From a virus (Duplodnaviria; Caudoviricetes), in IMG/VR virus record IMGVR_UViG_2974753753_000001, positions 2,809-66,808 of that record: a DNA stretch of 64,000 nucleotides; one strand, given 5' to 3'. The notes below the pieces were generated by a model. The model did no database searches. It saw only the letters and a list, made by a program, of their open reading frames with translations, and was not told the DNA's origin. Position numbers and translations under genes: made by a program. Within the stretch, counting starts at the first letter, position 1. Each line of letters starts with the position of its first letter. Shown here piece by piece: positions 47,337 through 55,787 of the stretch.

Positions 47337-48212
47337 TCAGAACGCCGGACGGCGCTTCCGGCCAGCGGACGCGGCGGCGGCCTTCTTGGCGGGGGCCTTC
47401 TTCGGCTCCGGCTCGGGCTCGGGCTCGGGCTCCGGATCGTCGTCCGGGTCGTAGACGACCTCTTCCTCCTCGACGTCGGCGTCGATGTCGACCGGCTCCG
47501 AATCGTCCTCCTCGGGGTCCTCGACGACCTCCTCCTCGACGCTGTCCGCGTCGTCGTCGACCACCCCTTCCTCGATGTCGGCGTCATCGACGTCGATGAC
47601 CTCGGTGTCGTCGATGTCCACGTCGTCATCGTCCACGGCGGTGCCCGGGACCTCGTGGTCGGCCGGGTGGACGTCGTTGATGCGCAGCGAGCGCACGTTC
47701 TCGACCTTCACCTTGCCGTCGGCGCCCTTGGACTTGCGCTTGTAGTTGTCGTCGCGAGCGGAGACGACGACCGGTAGGCCCTTGAACTTCTTGCCGGACA
47801 CGACGAGGTTGCCGATCTTCAGGATCTTCTCGCCCTTGTCGTCCATGATCGCGTCGCCACCCCAGAACTTCGCGCGCAGCGAGGTGTCACCGGCGATCGC
47901 GTCGAGCAGACGGTTGATCCGGCCGACGAACAGGTCGGCGTTCTCGTCGCCCATACTCTCGGGGATCACGATGCGCTCGAAGATGGCGTAGCCGTTGTAC
48001 TTCGAGACCGGGTCGTCCTTCGGAGCGTCGAACTCGACGACCGCGACCAGCAGATCCTTGTCCTTGGCCTTGTTCGGCTTGATGGACAGGTTCCGCACCT
48101 TCGCGCGATAGATACCCCGCGGAGGAACCTCGCCGACGTACTGACTGAATCCGGCGGTGGCCTCGACCTTTGCGGCCTCCGCACCGATTTTCAGTTTGAG
48201 CTTTGTGGCCAT
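47337..48212 (-). CDS. Probable ssDNA-binding protein with long acidic tail
   Basis: PPRGIYRAKV; D/E-rich C-terminus ending in F; next to the AAA ATPase. Confidence 0.65.
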   Translation of the reverse strand: MATKLKLKIGAEAAKVEATAGFSQYVGEVPPRGIYRAKVRNLSIKPNKAKDKDLLVAVVEFDAPKDDPVSKYNGYAIFERIVIPESMGDENADLFVGRINRLLDAIAGDTSLRAKFWGGDAIMDDKGEKILKIGNLVVSGKKFKGLPVVVSARDDNYKRKSKGADGKVKVENVRSLRINDVHPADHEVPGTAVDDDDVDIDDTEVIDVDDADIEEGVVDDDADSVEEEVVEDPEEDDSEPVDIDADVEEEEVVYDPDDDPEPEPEPEPEPKKAPAKKAAAASAGRKRRPAF

Positions 48213-48228
48213 TCTGGATTGTCTCCCT

Positions 48229-49008
48229 CTACTCCGAGCCGACGGCGTTCGACGACTCGATGATCTTCGTGATGTCGGCAAGCCCCTTGCCGACGGTCCG
48301 GCGGCCGAGAGCGTCGAAACGGTCCTTGGCCATCCACTTCTTGTTGGGCTGCCACTCGATGACGCGCATCGTCTGGACACCCTTGGTCGTCTTGACGGCG
48401 TCCATGTGCATGTAGCCGACCATGTGCATCTGAGCGGCGATCCAGTTCGCGACCTTGCCGTCGCGACCGTGGAAGTTCGGCATCCGCAGGCCCGGGTCGT
48501 CCTCGGCGAACATGGCGTGCGCGGTCCAGCAGACGTTCACCGGCAGGTCGTTGACCAGGGTGACATAGCGCATGAGGCGCATCTGCTCCTCGCCGTACTC
48601 CTGGAGTTCGACCTTGTCGGGGTTGCGCTCGTCGTCGGCTTCGACGTCAGCGTCGACGATGTCTCGGCGGATGTCGAGCTGAAGCTGTGTCCCGGTGTCG
48701 ATGCAGAGCCAGTCGAACGGGAACTTCTCGTCCCGGGTGGCGTCTTCGAGCCAGTTGTAGGCCTCCAGGAAGTTCGACCACTTCGGGCAGCGCCAGACCT
48801 TCGAGTTGCCCGGGGCCTTCTTCGCTGAGATAGTGCCGTTTTCGATGCCGAGGATCAGCGCCCGCTTCGCGCTGCCGAGGAAGCGGGTCTTGCCAATCCC
48901 GGGGTCCCCGTACAGCAGCATCGTGATGTTCTCGGTGTACTCCTGGATGTCGACGATGTCGTCGGGGAGATCGAACCCCTTCAGATCGTCAGCAGTCGCC
49001 GTGGCCAT
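48229..49008 (-). CDS. AAA_24/Sak4-like ATPase (recombinase-like)
   Basis: LLYGDPGIGKT, IDT, WTAH, AKDR. Confidence 0.85.
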   Translation of the reverse strand: MATATADDLKGFDLPDDIVDIQEYTENITMLLYGDPGIGKTRFLGSAKRALILGIENGTISAKKAPGNSKVWRCPKWSNFLEAYNWLEDATRDEKFPFDWLCIDTGTQLQLDIRRDIVDADVEADDERNPDKVELQEYGEEQMRLMRYVTLVNDLPVNVCWTAHAMFAEDDPGLRMPNFHGRDGKVANWIAAQMHMVGYMHMDAVKTTKGVQTMRVIEWQPNKKWMAKDRFDALGRRTVGKGLADITKIIESSNAVGSE

Positions 49009-49026
49009 GTTCTCCTCTTGTCTGTG

Positions 49027-49045
49027 TTGACGTCAACCCTACCAT
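49027..49045 (-). promoter_or_regulatory. Extended -10 promoter with TTGACGTCAA over the start site
   Basis: Minus strand TGgTAGGGT-TGACGTCAAC, then GAGGAG RBS and ATG49008. Confidence 0.65.
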
Positions 49046-49058
49046 ATGGAGTTGAGGA

Positions 49059-50250
49059 TCAGAAGTCGCCGCGGCGTTCTTCTCGGTGAGCTTCGTAGGG
49101 GTCGCGCACGTGGTAGGCGACGGATTTGAGCAGCTCGGTGTCGCCGTCCTGCTCGTCGGCCAGGCACAGGTCGTAGAAGTCGCAGTCCCACGTACAGTCG
49201 CGCGTCGGGTTCTTGTACAGCGGCAACAGGCCCTCGCGCATGGCGTTCATCGTCTGGATCTCGTCGGCGATGTGCTGGATCTGCTTCCGGCGCTCCTTCG
49301 AGGTCCGGTAGACCGGCTCCCGGTGGAATCGCGGGCTCGGCTGCTTGTTCGAGACGTCGCCGAGCACCGTGAGTCCGTGCTCGTCGGCCTCCTCGATGAG
49401 ATCGGGCAGCTTCGACTTCTGAAGCTCCTTCTCCATCTCCGGCCCGATCGTCTCGACCCAGAGCTTCTCGCCCGATGCGGCCACCTCGCGCTTGGCGTAG
49501 AACTCCATCAGCGCGGCGACGTAGTGCTTCTTCGTCGGCTTGTTCGTCGCCCGACCCTGCTCGTCGACCGGCCGCTCATCCGGCGGGGCTTTCATCAGGA
49601 AGTTGTAGAGAATCCCCGACAGCCGCTCCCGGCCGGTGATGACCCCCTGGCGACGCAGGACGTTGTCGGCGACGGCCCAGTACCCGCCAGCCTGGTCGTC
49701 GAGCGGGAGGTGGTTGGTCTTGATCGAACGGGCCGTCTTGTGGTCCCAGAGCCAGATCTTGCCGGTGCCGAGGTTGCGCGCAACGATGTCGAAGGTGCCA
49801 TGGAACTTGGCCACCGGCGTGCGGTCGGCCGAGTTCCGCGGGATGCGGACACCGAAGGGCTGCTCAGGGGAGAGCACCTCCCACTCCTCGTCCTGGCCGA
49901 ACTCGACGAGGTAGTTCTCCAGCATCGCCTCGCCGACGGCTTCGGCGTCGAGCACGACGTGCTCCTGGTCGGGGTAGAGCGAGCCGGACATGATCTCGAC
50001 CCGGACCAGCTCCATGACCCCCTGGCAATACTCCTTCCACGTCTCGATCGGATCGCGACCGCGGGTGGTGCCCGGGATGTACCAGTGCTCGAAGGCCAGA
50101 TGGATGCCGGTTCCGAACCACAGCGGGAGCTTCTTCCGATTCGACTCCAGACCCTCTCGCCAGGCCCACCACCAACGTTGCGGATCTCGGGCACCGCTTG
50201 AAATCCTTCCGCTCGGAGCCGCGGAGCAGAGGAAGATCAGACGATGCCAT
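49059..50250 (-). CDS. Cas4-like PD-(D/E)XK exonuclease with a 7-nt coding gap after codon 21
   Basis: GGAGGTGA RBS plus ATG50250 gives MASSDLPLLRGSERKDFKRCP; the frame then changes to QRWWWAWREGL...GTFD..DHKT..QAGGY..CTWDCDFYDLC. Confidence 0.85.
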
Positions 50251-50740
50251 TTAGATCACCTCCGTCCGTCACATGAGACCAGTCCTTGCCGGTCTTGATC
50301 CTGCTGATGGTCACCTGGTGGACTCCGTAATCGAGAGCGATGACCCTCTGGGCCTCGCCGTTTTTCAGCCGCCGTCGGATGACGGGGATGTCTTGCTCTG
50401 TGAGCTTCGCCAACCCGTGAGAAGAACCGAGGTGCCGATAGCTTCGAAGACGATCTCCTTGGTTGTCGTAGCGCATGTGACACGACCTGCACCGCGGCGA
50501 GTAGTCCTCATAGACGTCCAGACCGGTAGATCCGGACACCTGCGACCAGTCGACGGCCGGACCTCCGCAGTCGACGCAAGGGAACTGCGAAGCGGACCCC
50601 CGAGCTGCCCGAAGTCGCTGATGCCGAGCCGAGTAACTGGCCCGGCTTCCGGTCCAGTTGTGATGACCGTCCTCGCCAAGCACCCCTCTCGGCCGAGCCT
50701 TGCGCTCGGAACCGCGTAGAAGAGGCAAGTCAGTCGTCAT
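50237..50740 (-). mobile_element. Free-standing HNH-type homing endonuclease gene inserted at the start of the exonuclease gene
   Basis: CVDCG..DW..PRCRSCHMRYD plus C-terminal HTH (AKLTEQD..IALDYGVHQVTISRIKTGKDW); N-terminus duplicates that of the exonuclease; atypical codons. Confidence 0.75.
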
Positions 50741-51065
50741 CGTTCACAAGCCAGGTCTCGACCACGATCATCACGATGCGGTCCTTGTTCAGCGCGAACA
50801 CGGTCCCCTTTTCGCCGGAGTTCCCCTCGGCGATCGGGCCGATGTTGTACCAGTCATCGTCCTTGGTGGTTCCGTCGACCTTCAGCGGGAGGACGTAGAG
50901 AAGACCCGGGACCGGGGTCCGCGGCTCCACCTCGTGCCCGATGACCTTGAAATGGTGTCCTCCGACACCGTTTTCGACGGTGACGGTTGAGAGGAGCGGC
51001 GAGACCCGGCCGATCAAGCCGGTGCTCCACTCCTGAACGCGGGGAGACAGGGACTTTTTGCCCAT
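50730..51065 (-). CDS. Hypothetical protein
   Basis: GAAAGGA RBS before ATG51065. Confidence 0.65.
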   Translation of the reverse strand: MGKKSLSPRVQEWSTGLIGRVSPLLSTVTVENGVGGHHFKVIGHEVEPRTPVPGLLYVLPLKVDGTTKDDDWYNIGPIAEGNSGEKGTVFALNKDRIVMIVVETWLVNDDD

Positions 51066-51102
51066 GTTAGTTTTCCTTTCCACAGCAGCGTCGTCGACGG
51101 TA

Positions 51103-51279
51103 TCAGGTCATGCGGACAGGGGTGGGGTTCTCCCGACCGCAGTCCAGGCAGACCTTCACCCCGAGATGCACGACCCCGGCGGGTTCGCCGTTCACGGTCG
51201 CGGGGTTCGTGCGCAGGTATTTCACCTGGGTTCGGGGGTGTTTGCAGCGCCGGGATGCGCGGCGCTCGGCCCGGTTCAC
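51103..51279 (-). CDS. Small Zn-ribbon-like protein
   Basis: MNRAERR..CKH..CLDCG; GTGA overlap. Confidence 0.6.
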   Translation of the reverse strand: MNRAERRASRRCKHPRTQVKYLRTNPATVNGEPAGVVHLGVKVCLDCGRENPTPVRMT

Positions 51280-51644
51280 TGCGCCACCGGCGGGAACGCG
51301 CCGCGGAACACGTGCCAGACGAGCCCGCCGTCCCGGATCGTCGCGATGTGGGACTCCATCGCCATGTAGACGTTTTCGTACCCCGGCGACTCGCGTCCCT
51401 CTGGAACCGCCGTCGGATCGACACACCCTCGGATGCGATTCTCGTGCAGCGGGTGACCGGTCCCGCGGATCTCGATCGGAACGTACTCAAACGAGTCCGG
51501 GTGGGTCTCGACGATCATCCAAATGTCGAGAAGCCCGGAGGTTGGCTGCATCTGCGCATCGAGGATGCCGATGACGGTGGCGCCGACGACTTTGATCTGC
51601 TGGCTGTCGGTGACGGGGACGGTGAACTTCCAGATGGTTCTCAT
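51276..51644 (-). CDS. Conserved hypothetical phage protein
   Basis: MRTIWKF..GTGH..GLVWHVF. Confidence 0.75.
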   Translation of the reverse strand: MRTIWKFTVPVTDSQQIKVVGATVIGILDAQMQPTSGLLDIWMIVETHPDSFEYVPIEIRGTGHPLHENRIRGCVDPTAVPEGRESPGYENVYMAMESHIATIRDGGLVWHVFRGAFPPVAQ

Positions 51645-51979
51645 TTGTCTAATCCTTCAGGTAGAGAAAGGGTTTCGGCTAGCTGTTCGACTCTTTCGGC
51701 CAGCTCGGGGCTCTGTCGGCGCAGCTCCTCGATCTTGGTCTCGACGTCCCCGAGGAGCCAGGTGTTGCGTTTCCCGGGCTCCCCGTTCTTCTTGATCATC
51801 GGGCCGCTGACCGAGAAGTGAGTGAATCGTCGGATCGGGTCGTCTGGATGCCGCTTCCGGTAGGTCAATCGACTCACCTGAAGGCGCTCGGGTGCTAGGT
51901 CGCACCCATAGCTCCCTCGAAGTCGAGGTACGTCGTAGAGCCTGCACTCCACCGTGGTTCGGTGCGTCACGATCTTCAT
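51641..51979 (-). CDS. Hypothetical protein
   Basis: ATGA overlaps; VSGPMIKKNGEPG. Confidence 0.65.
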   Translation of the reverse strand: MKIVTHRTTVECRLYDVPRLRGSYGCDLAPERLQVSRLTYRKRHPDDPIRRFTHFSVSGPMIKKNGEPGKRNTWLLGDVETKIEELRRQSPELAERVEQLAETLSLPEGLDK

Positions 51980-54033
51980 GCGGCCTTCTCTCGGGCGATG
52001 GGGGTGAGCAGCGAGCGCACGAAGTTGACGCCGCGCTGCCCGTCGATGATGAGCTTGGTCAGGCGCTCGCGGCCGCCGGAGACGAACGCGATGTTCTCCT
52101 CGACGGTCTCCAGCGTGCGGAGGTAGTGGATCGTGACCTGGTGTAGCCGGGAGACGCGGTGAATCCGGTCCTCCACCTGCTCCTGGTCGTCGGGAATCCA
52201 GGTCTCGTCGAGGAACACCAGGTCGTCGGCCGCGTCGAGGGTCAGCGACACACCACCGGCGTTGGTGTTGAGCAGGAACACCCGGGGGCCTCCGGCCTCC
52301 TGCCAGCGGTCCTTGTTCTCCTTCCGCTGGCTCTGCTTCACCCCGCCGGTGATCTTCAGGACCGGGATGCCGAGCTTCACCAGCTCGCGCTCGTACATGT
52401 CGAGGATCGCGGTGAACTGGCTGGCCACGACGACCTTGCGCTCCTGGCCTTCCTCGTCGGGTTCCATCGAGGTGTGCCGGTTGATCCCGAGGCCGTCGAG
52501 GAACTCGACCAGCCAGTCGAACTTCACCGACGGCATCTTCGGCAGGAAGCGGTAGGCCTCTTCACCCTCGGCGTCGAGGTAGGTCTCGACGTCGCCGTGG
52601 CAGATCGCAAACTGCTTCAGTCGGACCAGCTCGGCGAGCACGCCGTTGGCGGTCAGCACGCCGGACTCCAGGATCGTCTCGGCCTCGTCGCGGATCTCGG
52701 CGTAGGCCTTCGCCTGCTTCGGGCTCATCGTGAGCCAGTGGCCGATTGGGCTGTGCTCGTCGGTGGTGCCGTCGTCGTAGGGCAGCGCGGTCCCGGCGTA
52801 GAGCTTCGGCGGGAGTTCCGGGTAGACCTCGGCCTTCGTGCGGCGCAGCATGATCGGCGCGATGTCCTCGTAGAACATCTTCACCTTCGTCTCGTCGAGA
52901 CCGGCGATCTCCATTTTCGACTTCTGGCCCTTGATGTCGCCGAGCACGTGGAACCACTGCTGAGCCCAGGACCAGTAGGCGTGGTACTTGTCCGGGTAGA
53001 GCCAGTTCAGGGTGCCCCAGAGGTTCTCCGGCTTCCCGCGGAACGGCGTCCCCGAGAGCGCGATCTTCAGGCCGTGCTCGGCGACCGGGATCATGCCCGC
53101 ACCGGCGCGCACCTGGGTCTGGCTCTGGGGAGTCGCGGAGTGGCAGATCATGAACCGGTGGCTCTCGTCGGCGACGAACGCGCTCCACTCCCGCTCAAAG
53201 AGCGCGGGGTACTTGCGATCCCACCAGCCGGGCTCCTTGAACATGCCCATCTTGCCGGTGCGCTTGTGCTTGCGCCGGACCAGGCTCGGTTTGACCCACT
53301 CGGCGCGAAGCATCTCGATGTTCACGATGACCCACCGGCGGCGGTCGCCCGGCGGAGGGCCGAGCCGGTCGAGGATGTTCCGGCGCGCGGGCCCGGTCCC
53401 CATGACCGTGACGACCTCGTCGCCGGGCACCCAGGCCTCCAGCTCGTCGGGCCAGGTGGTTGCCACGGCGGCCGAGGGAGCCGCGACAAGGATGTCGCCG
53501 ACGATCCCCGAGCTGATCACCGCGCCGAGGGTCTGGAGCGTCTTGCCCAGGCCCGGCTGGTCGGCCAGGAGCCCGCGGCGGGTGTGGGTGAGGAAGGCGA
53601 TCCCGGCGCGCTGGTATGCGCGGGCCAGCTCGGCGATCTTCGGTGCGTGCTCGGCGACGGCCGGATCTAGTTCGGCGTCGCTGCTCGCGCTGGAGAAGTT
53701 CTTGATGTTCCCGAGCCGGTCGCTCTCCTCCCACGACCACTCGATGAGACCCTCGGATGTCAGCAGGTTGTCGCCGAAGACTCGGCGCAGCTCCTTGCAG
53801 TTCGTCAGGGTCAGCGGGAGAGAGCCACCACCGGCGTCGACACCGACAGCCCCAAGCTCTTTCAGCAGCTCACGGTATCGCTTGCTTCGAGCGGTGCCGG
53901 TCGGCCACCAGACGTCGATGGTGGAAGCGGAAGTGTCGTCATCGGCGAGTTCGACCCAGACGTGTCCGTCTCGCAGAGCGGCGATTCGCTCGGCGGCTGC
54001 TGGACTGTCGGATTCGAGTTCGATGGCTCCCAC
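51976..54033 (-). CDS. SNF2-family DNA helicase
   Basis: LADQPGLGKT, DESH, SGTP, GGVSLTL, QVEDRIHR; start GTG54033 with GGGGAG RBS. Confidence 0.9.
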   Translation of the reverse strand: MGAIELESDSPAAAERIAALRDGHVWVELADDDTSASTIDVWWPTGTARSKRYRELLKELGAVGVDAGGGSLPLTLTNCKELRRVFGDNLLTSEGLIEWSWEESDRLGNIKNFSSASSDAELDPAVAEHAPKIAELARAYQRAGIAFLTHTRRGLLADQPGLGKTLQTLGAVISSGIVGDILVAAPSAAVATTWPDELEAWVPGDEVVTVMGTGPARRNILDRLGPPPGDRRRWVIVNIEMLRAEWVKPSLVRRKHKRTGKMGMFKEPGWWDRKYPALFEREWSAFVADESHRFMICHSATPQSQTQVRAGAGMIPVAEHGLKIALSGTPFRGKPENLWGTLNWLYPDKYHAYWSWAQQWFHVLGDIKGQKSKMEIAGLDETKVKMFYEDIAPIMLRRTKAEVYPELPPKLYAGTALPYDDGTTDEHSPIGHWLTMSPKQAKAYAEIRDEAETILESGVLTANGVLAELVRLKQFAICHGDVETYLDAEGEEAYRFLPKMPSVKFDWLVEFLDGLGINRHTSMEPDEEGQERKVVVASQFTAILDMYERELVKLGIPVLKITGGVKQSQRKENKDRWQEAGGPRVFLLNTNAGGVSLTLDAADDLVFLDETWIPDDQEQVEDRIHRVSRLHQVTIHYLRTLETVEENIAFVSGGRERLTKLIIDGQRGVNFVRSLLTPIAREKAA

Positions 54034-54485
54034 TGGATCTCCCCGTCGTTCATGACCTCGAACAGGTGTTCGAGCTTGCGGATGTAGCTTCTCTTGCTCT
54101 CGGCGCCGGTGAACTGGAGGCCTGCCCAGATCCCGTTCAGCCTGGTGATCTCGTGCGCGGTCTCGATTCCCCGGCGTGCGCACAGTTGCCGGACCGGGCA
54201 CGATTCGCAGATCCGCATGGCCATCCGATCCTGCTCGCGCAGTTCCTCGCGACCCTCGGGACCGGTGCGCTGGCGCTCCTGCATGTCCGGGATGAAGGCG
54301 TCGCCGAGCCCGCCACACGCGGCGTCGGCGAGCCAGTTCTGGTGCTCATCGGGCTCCGGCGGGATCACGAACGCGGCGGCCGGTCGCGGCGGCCCGGATG
54401 CGGGCTTCGGCTGGCCCTTGGCTGGTCGGGGACCATTCAGGACGTTTGTCCCTCGGATGACGAGGGAGCCTCGACGGACCTTCAC
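53862..54485 (-). CDS. Second WhiB family transcription factor
   Basis: WLADAAC...ICESCPVRQLC...GIWAG. Confidence 0.8.
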   Translation of the reverse strand: MKVRRGSLVIRGTNVLNGPRPAKGQPKPASGPPRPAAAFVIPPEPDEHQNWLADAACGGLGDAFIPDMQERQRTGPEGREELREQDRMAMRICESCPVRQLCARRGIETAHEITRLNGIWAGLQFTGAESKRSYIRKLEHLFEVMNDGEIQWEPSNSNPTVQQPPSESPLCETDTSGSNSPMTTLPLPPSTSGGRPAPLEASDTVSC

Positions 54486-54646
54486 TCCTCGTCCATCCCG
54501 ACGAACGCGGGCTCGCTGCGCTCGTGTTCGGAGTGGATGGGCACTCCGACCTCGGGATACCGGTTCTTGGCCTCCTGCTCGCTCTCAGCGCGCACGGAGA
54601 AGGTTGTGGTCTTGGTCTCCTGGACCTCGATCAGGTAGGTCTTCAC
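54482..54646 (-). CDS. Hypothetical protein
   Basis: AAGGAG RBS; MKTYLIEV..VRAESEQEA. Confidence 0.65.
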   Translation of the reverse strand: MKTYLIEVQETKTTTFSVRAESEQEAKNRYPEVGVPIHSEHERSEPAFVGMDEE

Positions 54647-54828
54647 TGGGTCTCCTTCGGGGCGGGCTTCTCGACCACCCATCGTCGTGTCATGAGTGTC
54701 TGATGGCATTTTGCGCACCCCAGGCCGTCGTAGATCCCGCCGATCCAGAACACGCTGACATCGATTAGCGGGCCGACGTGTCCGCAGTTGCAACAGTCGC
54801 CGTGCGGAGTCGCGACCAGATCGGACAC
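54643..54828 (-). CDS. Small Cys-rich protein
   Basis: CCNCG..CAKC; GAGAGGA RBS. Confidence 0.6.
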   Translation of the reverse strand: MSDLVATPHGDCCNCGHVGPLIDVSVFWIGGIYDGLGCAKCHQTLMTRRWVVEKPAPKETQ

Positions 54829-54871
54829 GGATGATCCTCTCGTGCAGGGGTGACAGCCACGGTAGCGCGAG

Positions 54872-54997
54872 CTACAGGTGGTAGAAGTGGTTCGGGCTGA
54901 CCAGGTAGTAGAACGACGGAATCCAGAGCAGGAAGCCGCCGAACAGGATGTGCAGGGTGGCCGAGTGGCCGCGCTGCACGCGGGTGTACTTGCTCAT
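54872..54997 (-). CDS. 41-aa membrane peptide (not in the ORF track)
   Basis: MSKYTRVQRGHSATLHILFGGFLLWIPSFYYLVSPNHFYHL; ATGA overlap. Confidence 0.6.
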   Translation of the reverse strand: MSKYTRVQRGHSATLHILFGGFLLWIPSFYYLVSPNHFYHL

Positions 54998-55323
54998 GAT
55001 TCTCGCTCGTCCTTCCAGAACGGTTTGGCCCGCTCGTCGTCGTGCCAGATCTTGATCCCCTGGAGCACCTCGATCGGCATCGCCTCGATGATCTCGCGGA
55101 CCTTCTTGTCGGTTCCGACCCCTCGCTGACCGAGAAAACCGAGGAAGGCTCGGATGTCGTCGCTGTAGGCCTTTTCAAGCCCTCGGCGCTCGATCTCTTC
55201 GGAGATCCCGGTGAGCACCATGTGCTCGGCCGTCCCGGCGACGTGCGCGTCCGGGTCCTCGGTCAAGCTCTGCTGGAGGACGTCGAGCGCCTCGTCGTCG
55301 AGCGAGGCGTAGTTGCTGGTCAT
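54994..55323 (-). CDS. Hypothetical protein
   Basis: GGAGGT RBS; ATGA overlap. Confidence 0.7.
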   Translation of the reverse strand: MTSNYASLDDEALDVLQQSLTEDPDAHVAGTAEHMVLTGISEEIERRGLEKAYSDDIRAFLGFLGQRGVGTDKKVREIIEAMPIEVLQGIKIWHDDERAKPFWKDERES

Positions 55324-55784
55324 CGCGGTACCTCCGATTGAGTGCCGTGGTTCTGGTTGTCGACGAGCCGATCTTCGGAGAGGAAGACCTGGTCGAGAAT
55401 GACGTCTCGGCCATAGAGGGTGACCAGGTCGTAGTGCCGGAACGAGTACTCCTCGGCCGCACCGGCACCGACGTTCAGATGAACCTCCCCGCCGTCCATG
55501 CTGATCTGGCGCAGCTCGGCGATCACGATCTTGACCGACATCTCGTCCTGACCGAAGCGCTTCGGGAAGCGGATGTACCGGCCGATGTCGCGAGCCATCA
55601 ACTCGCAAGCGTAGACCTGGACAGCACCGTCGCCGAGCGAGCGCGCAGGTTCCTGGCGGGCAACCCACCCACTACCTCGCGCCGTCGCCGCGGAGAGCGT
55701 GACGGAAGTGTCGTCATCGGCGTCCATCATATTGAGCTGGTACGCCATCCGGTCTCGGTCGGCGATCTTCTTGCGTGTTGCCAT
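55320..55784 (-). CDS. Hypothetical protein
   Basis: Operon packing; codon usage. Confidence 0.7.
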   Translation of the reverse strand: MATRKKIADRDRMAYQLNMMDADDDTSVTLSAATARGSGWVARQEPARSLGDGAVQVYACELMARDIGRYIRFPKRFGQDEMSVKIVIAELRQISMDGGEVHLNVGAGAAEEYSFRHYDLVTLYGRDVILDQVFLSEDRLVDNQNHGTQSEVPR

Positions 55785-55787
55785 GTG

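Noticed and set aside
47403-47435. GGCTCG hexamer repeat
   Set aside because: Simply encodes the PEPEPE linker of the SSB-like protein
49059-50250. CRISPR-Cas system suggested by the Cas4-like gene
   Set aside because: No repeat-spacer array or other cas genes; solo Cas4-like nucleases beside Sak4-like ATPase and SSB are a common phage recombination module
50181-50700. Group I intron carrying the HNH within the exonuclease gene
   Set aside because: The downstream copy has its own strong SD and start. The upstream copy lacks DFKRCP, so splicing to CAA50180 would lose the conserved Cys. No room or evidence for a ribozyme core.
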